This document shows positions 10,902 to 21,276 of a stretch of 64,000 nt of DNA, in pieces. The notes below the pieces were generated by a model, which was given only the letters and a program-made list of their open reading frames with translations, did not search any database and was not told the origin of the DNA. Numbering within the stretch: position 1 is the stretch's first letter; every line of letters begins with the position of its first letter. The stretch comes from Thainema sp. (GTDB lineage Bacteria > Cyanobacteriota > Cyanobacteriia > Phormidesmidales > Phormidesmidaceae): contig JBQLZK010000003.1 of the NCBI GenBank assembly GCA_052168235.1, forward strand, positions 96,001-160,000, written 5' to 3'. Both the position numbers and the translations under genes were made by a program.

Positions 10902-12245
10902 TTACAGCGTATAAGTAAATCCATCGACGATGATGCCGGGAACCCTGATGCCGCCTAAGCTGCGGCTGCCGTAGGTGCCGACATCGGGGACGAATTCCTG
11001 GAAATCGGTCAGCGCCACGAGCTGATCGCCAAAACAGCGATAGAGGCTTTCGTCAAAGCGCAGATTTTCAATCGGGGCAACAATTTCGCCGTTTTCCACC
11101 CAGAAACAGGCGTAGCGGGTCATGCCAGTAATTCGTCCGCTGGGCTGGTCGCTCCAGTTGAGATAGTGCAGATTCGACAGGTAAAGTCCTCTATCCAGCG
11201 TTTTAAGAATATCGTCAGCCGCGAGTGAACCGGGACACACTTCGGGCGATCGCAAATATTCACCGCTAGCTGCACCGTTAGCAGTTTTGCCATATTCTTT
11301 GGCGGTGCGGGAACTGATCAGCGTGTTCTTAAGCTGACCGTTTTCAATAATTGACAGCTCTTTCGGGGCAACTTCCCCCAAATCGTTGAACCGAGGCACG
11401 GCACCATACTGAAAGTTTTCCCGCAGCGTAAACTGAGACGAGAGCTGCTTTTCGCCCCGCTGGAGTGCGCCTAGAGCGCTGCCGCCCCGCTGCAGAGAGG
11501 CTTCACTAACGGCTCCCCAAGAAAACATAGAAATCAGTTCAGCCAGAGCTTCTGGAGCGAGATAGGTGCGATATTGCCCTCGTGCGATCGCTTTTGGTGG
11601 ATTGGCCATCAGCTGCTCCAGCTGGTTCTTGGAGGTGTGAATTTTGTCGGCGTAGGTGTCGGTATGCCAATCGCTGCCAGCAAAGATGCCTTTGACAGCC
11701 TGATTGTCGGGCGTAAACAGGGAATAGTCGAGGGAAAATGTTTCCGTCGCGAACCAGTGGCGCTGTCCGGCAGAATCGGCATAGGCGCGCACAATCCAGC
11801 CGCCAGCATAGAGTCCCACAAAGTCTAAGTTTTCAACTTGGGACAGGACGGTTGAAACCACCTTTTCCGGTTCCAGAAGATGCCCGGTGTAAACATCATG
11901 ACTTTGGGCATCTCCAGTTGGAATCACAAGATAAGGATCTTCGGGCAGTTGGGCGACTTCGTCTCGCAGATCGGCCAGCGCCATCTGTACCATTGCACCG
12001 TCAGTTTCCGCATTGCCCGTGAACGGCACTTCACAGGACGCTGTCCGCTGATTGTGTATCAGGGTCAGCTCGATGTTGCCGTCAATCACGGAACCCGTTT
12101 GACGCACTTTGGCGTGATTGAATCGGGTAAACTGGCTCTCTTCGGCAGATAGCGTGATGACTAAATGTTCGCTGGCTTGCACCTGTTCGAGGAGCTGGTG
12201 GACAAGCTGATTAAAGGCCGTTTCCAGATGATTCAACATGACCAA
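10902..12245 (-). CDS. TldD/PmbA family protein (PmbA/TldE-like)
   Basis: SQFTRFNHAKVRQ, YLAPEA, NLHYLNWSD...ITGMTR, NLRFDES. Confidence 0.88.
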   Translation of the reverse strand: MVMLNHLETAFNQLVHQLLEQVQASEHLVITLSAEESQFTRFNHAKVRQTGSVIDGNIELTLIHNQRTASCEVPFTGNAETDGAMVQMALADLRDEVAQLPEDPYLVIPTGDAQSHDVYTGHLLEPEKVVSTVLSQVENLDFVGLYAGGWIVRAYADSAGQRHWFATETFSLDYSLFTPDNQAVKGIFAGSDWHTDTYADKIHTSKNQLEQLMANPPKAIARGQYRTYLAPEALAELISMFSWGAVSEASLQRGGSALGALQRGEKQLSSQFTLRENFQYGAVPRFNDLGEVAPKELSIIENGQLKNTLISSRTAKEYGKTANGAASGEYLRSPEVCPGSLAADDILKTLDRGLYLSNLHYLNWSDQPSGRITGMTRYACFWVENGEIVAPIENLRFDESLYRCFGDQLVALTDFQEFVPDVGTYGSRSLGGIRVPGIIVDGFTYTL

Positions 12246-12315
12246 AGTTCAACACAAATAGGGGACAAAGGTTGCGAGATGCAGTTCTCCTTAGCCTATC
12301 TTATGTCTGTGTCAC

Positions 12316-12696
12316 TTATCGGCCTGCGTAGTAGGTTTCAATCCAGCTCCGTAGCTCATTATCGGATTCGGCGTAGATGGCTCGGCCTGTGATCGGGTCA
12401 TAGCCATACCACCAGTGCTGGCCTTGGGAATCCGTAAATTCGCTCACCTTCAAATCTGACCAATGCATCACGATATTCATGACTTGGTTCCAAATTCTGC
12501 GGATAGGATGTGCAGGAACAGAACTGGCGGTTGCAGTGGAATTAACCAGTTGGCGCTCTTCTTGCCGAAGCTGAGCCATCAGTGCCGCATCGTGGCGGGC
12601 TTCTGCGGCCTGAAAACGACGGACTAGCAATCTTGCCATATTGGCTCGATGCCGGGCGGTTAAAGCAGACAAACGTTTGAGTGAAGCAGTAGTCAT
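12316..12696 (-). CDS. Hypothetical protein: PirA-like N-terminal helix plus C-terminal WxxYDP domain
   Basis: HRANMARLLVRRFQAAEARHDAALMAQLRQE resembles the PirA pattern; C-terminus is similar to the ORF at 41432-41719. Confidence 0.7.
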   Translation of the reverse strand: MTTASLKRLSALTARHRANMARLLVRRFQAAEARHDAALMAQLRQEERQLVNSTATASSVPAHPIRRIWNQVMNIVMHWSDLKVSEFTDSQGQHWWYGYDPITGRAIYAESDNELRSWIETYYAGR

Positions 12697-12760
12697 AACA
12701 TTGACACCTAGAAAATAAAGTATTTGGAGAATTTTCAGATCTTAATTTTAAAATTATTTC

Positions 12761-12776
12761 TGTAAATCTAGCTACA
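12761..12776. promoter_or_regulatory. NtcA box (TGTA-N8-TACA) upstream of the 12316-12696 gene
   Basis: TGTAAATCTAGCTACA, 65 nt upstream of the ATG; a minus-strand TAAAAT lies at 12750-12745. Confidence 0.6.
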
Positions 12777-12890
12777 GAATTGTCTTGTTTTCATGAAAAT
12801 ACATCGCTCGCAAGAAAAACGGATAGAGAATGGCGTTGTGCGGTTCTCTATCCGTTCTGATCAGTTTTTTAATATGAGCGCTTTTAAGCC

Positions 12891-13484
12891 TTAAGCTCGT
12901 CCTCGAACAAACTGGAGCGTAATTTCTGCCACGCGTTTGCCATAGGCTTCTGCCGTAGCAAGATCACCTGGAGACGGCGCACCCGGTGGATCAACCTGGA
13001 AGCTGGTTGCCATTGCGCCTGCAAACGAGCCGACGCGATTCATTACATCAGGACCAGGACCAGCCAAACTATTCATTGAATCAGGATCAGATGCCGCTGG
13101 CATCATACCTGTACCGACGTAGATCATGCCGTGCTGCATAGCATTAATCATCAGGCCAACCAGCGTGTTGAGTTTGTCACCCGAAAAAGAGCTGGAGTTC
13201 GTAAAGGCTCCGGCAATTTTGTTACTCCAGGCTTGAGTGAACCATTTTTTAGCGGCGACCTCAATAAACTCCTTCATCTTGGCGGAAATGTTGCCCATGT
13301 ACGTTGGACAACCAAAGATCATGGCATCGGCACTATCAAGATCGTCCAAACGCGCGATCGCATCTTCGGTAGTGATCAGTTCTGCGTCAATTCCGTCTAC
13401 ACCCGCAGCACCTTTATAAACGGCCTCGGCCTGCTGCTTGGTATGACCGTAACCACTGTGATAAATGACAAAGAGCTTGTTCAT
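12891..13484 (-). CDS. Multimeric flavodoxin, WrbA family NAD(P)H:quinone oxidoreductase
   Basis: YHSGYGHT FMN-phosphate loop, FGCPTYMG, GAFTNS..SGDK. Confidence 0.9.
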   Translation of the reverse strand: MNKLFVIYHSGYGHTKQQAEAVYKGAAGVDGIDAELITTEDAIARLDDLDSADAMIFGCPTYMGNISAKMKEFIEVAAKKWFTQAWSNKIAGAFTNSSSFSGDKLNTLVGLMINAMQHGMIYVGTGMMPAASDPDSMNSLAGPGPDVMNRVGSFAGAMATSFQVDPPGAPSPGDLATAEAYGKRVAEITLQFVRGRA

Positions 13485-13942
13485 GATGGTTGTTGCAAGA
13501 CCTGTGTGATTGAGAAATTACATGCGTAGCGTCAGCACAATAGCAATTCGGAGAATGGGCTGGAAGTCGTATGAAGCACAGTTTTCAGAAAGCAAACTTC
13601 AACCTCAAACCAAGCCATCTGCTGTATCGATCATGAATTAACTTCTCAAGGAAGACAATACGCCATATCAAATACACACTGTCCCTATTTAGATGACAAT
13701 AAGTGTGACTATTTTTGCGATCGCAATATTTGCGCTTGCAACAAAGTGAAAGTGGTAGAAGTAGATGGATTGGCTGGTGGTGGTGAGAAATTCATGCTTC
13801 TCGCTTACGGTAATAAGCTGGCGATTAATCTGGAAATGGATGGTGTGGGCAAGTCTGCACCTGCGATCGCAAGTTCATCGCCAGTTCAGAAGGCTACTGG
13901 TCGAAAAGCTTTAGAGAACGGGAAGCTATGGAGAAATAGGGC

Positions 13943-14464
13943 ATGTTGGGAACGAGGTGGGAACGGGTTGAATATACGACACACTGTCGCTGGATGGAGC
14001 GGGCGATGGAGTTGGCGGCGGCAGCAGGTGCGGCGGGGGATGTGCCAGTTGGGGCGGTGATTGTCGATGAGCAGGGGCAGTTAGTTGCGGAAGCGGAGAA
14101 TCGCAAGGAGCGCGATCTCGATCCGACGGGTCATGCAGAAATCTTAGCGCTGCGGCAGGCCGGCCAAATACTTAACAACTGGCACCTCAATACCTGCACG
14201 CTGTATGTAACGCTGGAACCCTGCCCAATGTGTGCGGGGGCCATTGTGCAAGCGCGGGTGGGACTGCTGGTTTACGGAGTGGATGATCCTAAAACGGGTG
14301 CTGTGCGTACAGCTATGAATATTCCCGATAGTGCCTGTTCCAATCATCGGCTGACGGTGCTGGGTGGAATTCAAGCAGAACGTTGTCGGGAGCAGCTTCA
14401 GAAGTGGTTTCAGCGGCGGCGGGAGGTAAGGAGTGAGAAAGTGAGGAGTAAGGGAAGAAAGTAA
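13943..14464 (+). CDS. tadA: tRNA adenosine(34) deaminase
   Basis: VPVGAV, DPTGHAE, TLEPCPMC, DPKTGA. Confidence 0.93.
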   Translation: MLGTRWERVEYTTHCRWMERAMELAAAAGAAGDVPVGAVIVDEQGQLVAEAENRKERDLDPTGHAEILALRQAGQILNNWHLNTCTLYVTLEPCPMCAGAIVQARVGLLVYGVDDPKTGAVRTAMNIPDSACSNHRLTVLGGIQAERCREQLQKWFQRRREVRSEKVRSKGRK

Positions 14465-14877
14465 AAGCGTGGGAGAGTAGGAGCGTAGGAGTGTGGCTTG
14501 GGGTTAAGTGTGGGATGGAGAGTGGGAGTGAAGTTTTGGGTTAAAGAAATTTGAGTGGTTTCTATCGGGAGTTGGACGGAAAATTCGGCCAAAATCAGTC
14601 GATTGAACGTGACACCAGGGAAAGTGTCTAAGAGAGGATCAAGAAGTGTGGCATCACCCTTTAGGGTTTAGGAAGGTTAATCGAGCAGCATCAAATGCGT
14701 TAGCTTCGTTAATCTCATCAGTTGTTTACCTATCCAGCCTATTGGAGCGCCAGGTCGAAGTTTATTTGATTGAAAATCCATTTTGCTAAGGGATTCGATA
14801 TCAGTATCAGTTTCGATCGGGCTGCTTGGGGTGCAATCCATTGCAACCTTGTATCCTGAACCGCGATAGATCCTTAC

Positions 14878-15678
14878 ATGGCTTCAAATCATCCAGCTCA
14901 ATCGTCATCTCAATCATCTAATCAACCATCCGGCGCGATCGCAACGTCTGCATCTTGTCAGCCAACAACCTCTCGATTTTCGCCGTGGCTGACTCCGACA
15001 GCCTACTGGTTGGGAAACAAGATTGTTTTCCCGGCCTATTTTGGCGACATTCGGGTGACAGGGCAGCACTATCTGCCGCGTCACGGCCCAGTGATTCTGG
15101 CTCCGCTGCATAAGTCCCGCTGGGATGCCCTGATGGTTCCCTATGCGGCGGGTCGAGCGGTGACGGGGCGCGATTTGCACTTTATGGTGACCGCCAATGA
15201 AGTTAAAGGACTACAGGGCTGGTTTATCCGCCGTCTGGGAGGATTTCCCATTGACCCGAACCGACCGGGAATCAGCAGTTTGCGTCACGGGATCGAACTG
15301 CTGGGCCAGGGTGAAATGATGGTAATTTTTCCGGAAGGCGGTATCTTCCGCGATCGCGAAGTTCACCCGTTAAAGCCAGGATTAGCGCGTCTAGCCCTCC
15401 AGGCTCAGTCTATCCAGACGGATCAAGACGTGCGGATTGTTCCCATTTCGATTGCTTACGATCCGCTAAATCCGCGCTGGGGCTGTGATGTCGAGGTCAA
15501 TATTGGCAAACCGCTGAACGTGCGGCACTACCAAACCGCTCCAACCAAGCAGGCCGCGCAGCAGTTGACTACCGACCTCAATCGCTCATTGTCCTATCTG
15601 CTGACGGGGAAACGCCAAATTGAGGCAGCAGACGACTCGCGGCGCGAATTGTTGCTCACGTCTTCTGGACATCGTTAG
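14878..15678 (+). CDS. plsC: 1-acyl-sn-glycerol-3-phosphate acyltransferase family protein
   Basis: HKSRWD (HX4D) and FPEGG motifs. Confidence 0.85.
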   Translation: MASNHPAQSSSQSSNQPSGAIATSASCQPTTSRFSPWLTPTAYWLGNKIVFPAYFGDIRVTGQHYLPRHGPVILAPLHKSRWDALMVPYAAGRAVTGRDLHFMVTANEVKGLQGWFIRRLGGFPIDPNRPGISSLRHGIELLGQGEMMVIFPEGGIFRDREVHPLKPGLARLALQAQSIQTDQDVRIVPISIAYDPLNPRWGCDVEVNIGKPLNVRHYQTAPTKQAAQQLTTDLNRSLSYLLTGKRQIEAADDSRRELLLTSSGHR

Positions 15679-15695
15679 GAACTCACCCAAGACCC

Positions 15696-15731
15696 AAAAA
15701 AGAGCCACCCCGTGCGAGGTGGCTCTTTTTT
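15696..15731. terminator. Bidirectional rho-independent terminator
   Basis: AAAAAAGAGCCACC...GGTGGCTCTTTTTT between convergent genes. Confidence 0.75.
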
Positions 15732-15744
15732 GTCTGGCTGTAAT

Positions 15745-16950
15745 TCAGCTTGTGCCAGCGTGGGAGGCGTGACGCGTTAAGCAGATGAAACCAACTGCGA
15801 TCGCAACTGCTGATCCAACAAAAAAGACGGCGATGCCGTAGTACTTCCAAACTGGGCCAAGCAGCAGCGGCGACAAAAACTGTCCCAGCGACGATGCACC
15901 TGTGCCAATCGCCAGCACGCCAGCCCGCTGACCTTCGGGCGCAAACTTAGCCAAGATGTCGTACAGATTGGGCATCACGACGCCAAAGCCCAAACCAAAG
16001 CCCAGAGCCGCAAGTAAAATTGACCCTGGTTGATCCAGATAGGGCACGGTGGCGAGTGCCATCGCCATGCCCAAAAAGCCCACCATAATGGCACCATTGA
16101 TCCCCAATCGTCTGGCAATGCGGCTGGCTCCCACTGCCGAGATCACCGACGCACCAATTGCCCGTGAAGCCAGAATCGCCCCGTTCAGGAGCGTACTCGC
16201 ATCAATCGTCTGCTTGTAGTAGAGCGGTGCATAGACAATCACGATGTAGAAAACAGCAGAGGCCATCGCTAGGGCTAGAAAAGCGAGCAGCACACCGGGT
16301 TTGACCAACACGCGCAGCAGTTCGTCTTTGTGGCTGAGATCAACCGTAGACGCGGATTGAGTGACGGGTTTGCGTAGAACAAATATTGCCAGCAGCATAA
16401 TTGGAATCGCCATCACATATAGCCCAAAGGCATAGCGCCAGTTGTATGATCCCAGCCAGCCTCCCAGCAGCGGAAAGAAGATGCTGGAGGAGGCCAGAGC
16501 ACTGGTGGCATAGCCCATTGCCCGCGATCGCGCATCACCATCAAACATGCTGGCCAGGAAGCCAATCCCTCCAGCCGCAATGCCTCCAGCCGCTACTCCG
16601 ACCAGAGCGCGGCTCACCATCATAAATGCAAAACTTTGGGCAAACGCACCCATCATGCCAAAGATGCTGTAGAGCAGCAGCGACGGGATCAGGACTTTGA
16701 ACTTGCCAATCCGGTCGGCCAGGATACCGCAGATGGGACTGGCTAGAGCAATTGTCAGCGTGTGCATGCCCACCATGACGCCCGCCCACTGGGGATCAAT
16801 ATTGAACTGTTCCACCACCTCCGGAAAAACGGGGGCCACAACGCCACCCACCACGCTGGTGAGCGCACCTGCCGACATGAGTACGAGCAACAGTGGCAAA
16901 TTGCGACGGGTAAACACTCTGGAAGATTTAGACGAATCGGCAGATGACAT
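15745..16950 (-). CDS. MFS transporter
   Basis: About 12 TM segments; motif A GILADRIGK. Confidence 0.9.
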   Translation of the reverse strand: MSSADSSKSSRVFTRRNLPLLLVLMSAGALTSVVGGVVAPVFPEVVEQFNIDPQWAGVMVGMHTLTIALASPICGILADRIGKFKVLIPSLLLYSIFGMMGAFAQSFAFMMVSRALVGVAAGGIAAGGIGFLASMFDGDARSRAMGYATSALASSSIFFPLLGGWLGSYNWRYAFGLYVMAIPIMLLAIFVLRKPVTQSASTVDLSHKDELLRVLVKPGVLLAFLALAMASAVFYIVIVYAPLYYKQTIDASTLLNGAILASRAIGASVISAVGASRIARRLGINGAIMVGFLGMAMALATVPYLDQPGSILLAALGFGLGFGVVMPNLYDILAKFAPEGQRAGVLAIGTGASSLGQFLSPLLLGPVWKYYGIAVFFVGSAVAIAVGFICLTRHASHAGTS

Positions 16951-17328
16951 AAATATTGTGGTTAAGTACGACGGAAACAGGCAGAACGCTTTATGGCAGA
17001 TAGACTCCTATCTTGCACCAAAACCTAGCAGGAGACTATTGTCATCGTGCGGTGACAGCAAATTAGGCAGCAACAAAAGACGGTTGGGGTTGTTGTACCA
17101 AATTTCGGGACACCAAATTTCATCCAGAGTTGTGCCAACTGGATGAGCTGTCATTGAGCCAATCCACACCGAACCCCAAATCAGGTATGTGTAGAGTCAG
17201 GTCTGCTCCAGCTCATTTGAATCTGTGACGACTCAAATAGTTCCAATGATCTTCTCCCCCACCTGAAGCCGTTAGGCTGAGCTGGATTAACGAGTATCGT
17301 AGTATCACCTTCTGATCAGGCATCATTC

Positions 17329-18480
17329 ATGGATATCGAAACAACTCTCAAAAGCCAAATTGTGCAGAATCGCGTGCGGGAAGTAGGGATCAATCCCAAC
17401 CACTGGTATCCCGTGGAGTGGGCCAATCAGCTTAAGCCCGGTAACGTCATGCCCGTCAAAATCTGGCAGCGTGCGATCGCAGTTTATCGTGACGACCAGG
17501 GTCAGCTTCATGCCCTCGAAGATGCCTGTCCCCATCGTGGCGTGGCGCTGAGCGAAGGCAAAGTCCAGGGTCAGCATCTGGCCTGTGCCTATCACGGCTG
17601 GCAGTTCAGCGGCGAAACGGGCGACTGTGTGCATATTCCCTATCTGCCCCAAGGCCAAAAGCTGCCCTGCGCCCAGGCCCATAGCTTTCCTATTCAAGAA
17701 AAATACGGCCTGATTTGGATTTTTCCTGGCGATCCAGAATTGGCTAATGTGCGATCGCTACCCGATATCAAAGAATTTGATCAACCGGGCTGGCTGATGA
17801 TTCCGATTACGGGGCAGTTTAATGCCCACTTCTCCATCTGCAACGAAAACACGATGGATGTCTTCCACGGCTTTTTGCATGAGGAATTGCAGGGCTGGTT
17901 TGATCCTGTTCTCATCGACCTGAGCGCCACTGACTCCTCCGTCACAGCCAAGTACAACGTGTCCTACAAAGGCCAAATGGCCAAGTTCCTGGGGCTGGCT
18001 GAAAGTGCTGACGAAGTGACCACACTGCCCATCACCATTGACTACCAGTATCCCCACTACCAAAGCACGCTCCAGGGCGTGTCGTCCCTCTATCTGCATC
18101 GGCTCCCGGTGGATCAAACCCACAGTCGATCCTTTGCGTTCTTCTTTTTCCGCGTGCGCCTGCCTCAGTGGATGATTAACTCAATGGCTCCCGTTCTCAG
18201 TCCGGTGCTGCGGCGCTTTGTGCTAGAGCGCTTCCTGGCTCAAGACATTGGCATGATCGAAAGCGAACAGCAAACGTACCTGCAAAATCCTCAGCGACGC
18301 TATGTTGAAATCAACCCCGCCATCATCGCTATTCAGCGGGTGACGGTGCGCCAGTACGATGCCTTTCTCCAGCAGCAGGATCAGTCCGAAGTGCGATCGC
18401 ACTCTGCCCCAGTCACTGGAGAGAACGCACCTTCTGGCACAACGAATCACCTATCCTCAACGGCAACAGAGAGTCGCTAG
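17329..18480 (+). CDS. Rieske non-heme iron oxygenase, alpha subunit
   Basis: Rieske CPHR...CAYHGW; mononuclear iron site ENTMDVFHGFLH and C-terminal QD. Confidence 0.9.
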   Translation: MDIETTLKSQIVQNRVREVGINPNHWYPVEWANQLKPGNVMPVKIWQRAIAVYRDDQGQLHALEDACPHRGVALSEGKVQGQHLACAYHGWQFSGETGDCVHIPYLPQGQKLPCAQAHSFPIQEKYGLIWIFPGDPELANVRSLPDIKEFDQPGWLMIPITGQFNAHFSICNENTMDVFHGFLHEELQGWFDPVLIDLSATDSSVTAKYNVSYKGQMAKFLGLAESADEVTTLPITIDYQYPHYQSTLQGVSSLYLHRLPVDQTHSRSFAFFFFRVRLPQWMINSMAPVLSPVLRRFVLERFLAQDIGMIESEQQTYLQNPQRRYVEINPAIIAIQRVTVRQYDAFLQQQDQSEVRSHSAPVTGENAPSGTTNHLSSTATESR

Positions 18481-18548
18481 ATTGAATGCGTAATTGAACA
18501 GGCATTATGCCAAGGCTAAACGACCTGTTGACTCACAAATTTTACTGA

Positions 18549-18605
18549 AACCAGAAGAGGCTACTGTGCTGCCGCATCGCGGCAGCACAGTAGCCTCTTC
18601 TGGTT
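18549..18605. repeat. Perfect 27-bp inverted repeat (terminator candidate)
   Basis: AACCAGAAGAGGCTACTGTGCTGCCGC-ATC-GCGGCAGCACAGTAGCCTCTTCTGGTT. Confidence 0.7.
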
Positions 18606-18716
18606 CTTGATTTGTCAGGGCAAAGTGAAGTCATCCAAAATCGTGGTTTGTTCGTACTTACAACAGACCGTCGCTATCCAATGGAATCTTCGGTCATGAT
18701 GCTCAAAAATTAAATC

Positions 18717-19439
18717 ATGAATAATCTTGGCACAATCTCGTTCCTCAGCACGATTCTGCTTGGGCTGTTTGCCTCCTCGGCCCAAGCTGCCAGCTTTCAA
18801 GTCGATTTAGATGAGTTGAATGATTCTGGCGTGACCGGAACAGTCATGCTTGATCTGTCTGACGACATGGAATCGCTCACGGTAACGCTGGATGCGATGG
18901 GCTTTGAGCCAAATGTTGATCACGTGGGGCACATCCACGGAGCTTTCGACATGATGGGAGCAGTCGTTGACTCTCAGACTCCAACCCTAGCTCAAGATAC
19001 TGACGAAGACGGCTTTGTTGAACTGGGTGAAGGTGCTCCTGTCTATGGCCCAATCGTGCTGCCCATTGAAACGGTTAATACTCCAGATGGCAGCGCCAGC
19101 TACACCATGACCTACGATCTAACCGATAGCAGCATTTTTGGTAGCAACGTGCTTACATCCGACGATATGGATACCTTCACGGCATCCGACCTTTTTCCTC
19201 TGGACTTTCGCGAGATTGTTTATCACGGTTTGACGGTTGAGCCAGGAGTCGGTACTGGAACGCCAGGTGAGGTTGATGGCACAGGTGGATATCTCGCCGT
19301 TTTGCCTGCCACCGCTGGCGAAATTGTCGCTATCGATGAAGATATGGCTTCTACGCCTGAACCTGCGGCAACAGCAGCACTTGCGATCGCGGGTGTGGGT
19401 AGCATTTTCGGCCTGCGCCGCCGCCAACGCAGGGCATAA
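18717..19439 (+). CDS. Secreted PEP-CTERM protein with a CHRD/Cu-Zn-SOD-like HxxHIH domain
   Basis: Signal peptide ending AQAA, LNDSGVTG, HVGHIHG, C-terminal TPEP + TM helix + RRRQRR. Confidence 0.8.
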   Translation: MNNLGTISFLSTILLGLFASSAQAASFQVDLDELNDSGVTGTVMLDLSDDMESLTVTLDAMGFEPNVDHVGHIHGAFDMMGAVVDSQTPTLAQDTDEDGFVELGEGAPVYGPIVLPIETVNTPDGSASYTMTYDLTDSSIFGSNVLTSDDMDTFTASDLFPLDFREIVYHGLTVEPGVGTGTPGEVDGTGGYLAVLPATAGEIVAIDEDMASTPEPAATAALAIAGVGSIFGLRRRQRRA

Positions 19440-19828
19440 CTGAACGGCATAACTGATTAGTTCTTCATTTCAGTTGTGTCGTCCTTATTTCAATCAGGGT
19501 GAGCATCTAGGACAAAATCTAATGTGAAATTACTCCTGTTTTGCACAAAAACCAACGAGGCACTGCGCTGATCTTTTATAAAAATGCAGTGCCTCTTTAG
19601 TTTTGAATGTGGCAATCGCGCTGAGAGCAGTACTCTGGCAGCCAAATTTTATCGATTTGCCCCTTTTCGAGCGCGACCGAAATTCGATAAGATTAGAGAC
19701 TTATTGAACGTAGCAACGCTAATAGTTGGCGACAGCTGAAATTCAGCTGATATTCGGCTGTTCTCCATTAGCGTATTTGAGAACTTTGAGAAGCAGCTCC
19801 TAGCAACCGGGGCACAGAAGGCAGCCAA

Positions 19829-20347
19829 ATGAAACACACCCTCTCCGTATTAGTTGAAGACGAAGCAGGCGTTCTGACGCGCATCGCTGGGCTGTTTGCT
19901 CGGCGGGGTTTCAATATTGAAAGTCTAGCCGTTGGCCCAGCCGAGCAGATGGGCATTTCTCGGATCACGATGGTGGTGCCCGGTGACGATAGCGCGATTG
20001 AACAGCTAACCAAGCAGCTTTATAAGCTGATTAATGTGATCAAGGTGCAGGACATCACGGAAACCCCCTGCGTGGAACGTGAGCTGATGCTGCTGAAGGT
20101 GAGCGCTAATAGCAACACGCGATCGGAGATTGTCGAGCTGGCCCAAATCTTCCGGGCACGCGTGGTAGACGTAGCCGAAGATTCACTCACGATTGAGGTG
20201 GTTGGCGATCCCGGCAAAATGGTGGCAATTGTCCAGGTACTTAACCGCTTCGGCCTAAAGGAAGTCGCCCGGACAGGCAAGATTGCGCTGACTCGCGAGT
20301 CCGGCGTTAACACGGAATACCTCAAGTCGCTAGAAGCCAAACTGTAA
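19829..20347 (+). CDS. ilvN: Acetolactate synthase small (regulatory) subunit
   Basis: [39 protein letters not shown] domain; ERELMLLKV. Confidence 0.97.
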   Translation: MKHTLSVLVEDEAGVLTRIAGLFARRGFNIESLAVGPAEQMGISRITMVVPGDDSAIEQLTKQLYKLINVIKVQDITETPCVERELMLLKVSANSNTRSEIVELAQIFRARVVDVAEDSLTIEVVGDPGKMVAIVQVLNRFGLKEVARTGKIALTRESGVNTEYLKSLEAKL

Positions 20348-20630
20348 AAACTGCTGGGTTTAAGTCATGAGTTCAAGATACGAGGGCATTGCTCCTAGAT
20401 CTTGAACTCGTTGCTGTATTTGCTCCTACTCAACACTCAATTCTCAGCACTCACTCCACCTAATCCACTTCACCCAATCGTCATTCATCCTCAAGACAGA
20501 TTGATGCTCGAATTAGCTCCTCCTCAAGATAGAATCGCTGTTGCGAGTGTCCTAATCAGACTGGCAGACCGCTAACATGAAGTCAGTTTGACTTTTTTTA
20601 CCCAATTTGAACACAATAGAAGAGAAACAG

Positions 20631-20647
20631 ATCCCCTCAGGGGGGAT
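20631..20647. promoter_or_regulatory. CsoR/RcnR-family (InrS-like) operator candidate upstream of sodN
   Basis: ATCCCC-TCAGG-GGGGAT C-tract/G-tract palindrome about 95 nt upstream of the sodN ATG. Confidence 0.5.
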
Positions 20648-20742
20648 AGTTTGAATTGGGTCTATTCTGCCTCAGAAGTAACTTGCAAAGTGCTTCTAGT
20701 CCTAGAATTGAGTTCAGTTGTAGAAATAGAAATTTTGCCATT

Positions 20743-21198
20743 ATGTTAAAGAGATTCGCGTCTACAGTTAAAGCCCTGTTCCCAGCAGCAGAGGTTCATG
20801 CTCACTGTGATGGGCCTTGTGGTGTATATGACCCTGCTTCTGCTCGGATTGCGGCTGAGGCTGTTGTCTCCATGACCAAGAAGCTGCTTGATATGGGCAC
20901 GCCCGACACCGTTGAGAAGGCCAACACCTTCTCTCGTTACGTTGCCATCAAGGAAGAGCAGGCTCAAATCGCTAAAGAGGAACTACTAATCCTCTGGACT
21001 GATTACTTCAAGCCTGTTCATCTCGATAAGTATCCTGATCTGCACGACACCTTCTGGAAGGCAGCTAAGCTCTGCTCCGCTTGTAAGGTTGAAGTCAGCG
21101 CTCAGCATGCCGATGAACTGATGGAAGCTATCCACAAGATCCACGACATGTTCTGGGCAACCAAAGAAAAAGATGTGAACTGGTACAAAGCTAGCTAG
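20743..21198 (+). CDS. sodN: Nickel superoxide dismutase precursor
   Basis: Nickel hook HCDGPCGVYDP after a propeptide ending VHA; LWTDYFK; ATG at 20743. Confidence 0.97.
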   Translation: MLKRFASTVKALFPAAEVHAHCDGPCGVYDPASARIAAEAVVSMTKKLLDMGTPDTVEKANTFSRYVAIKEEQAQIAKEELLILWTDYFKPVHLDKYPDLHDTFWKAAKLCSACKVEVSAQHADELMEAIHKIHDMFWATKEKDVNWYKAS

Positions 21199-21276
21199 TC
21201 ACAGCAAGTTGTATAAAAACTGAAAGTGGTCATTTTGTTGCCGTCTGGTGACAAAATGACCACTTTCAGCTTGTGA

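Noticed and set aside
14420..14545. Purine-rich stretch after tadA as a possible RNA gene
   Set aside because: Low-complexity short repeats with no tRNA, SRP or other recognisable fold
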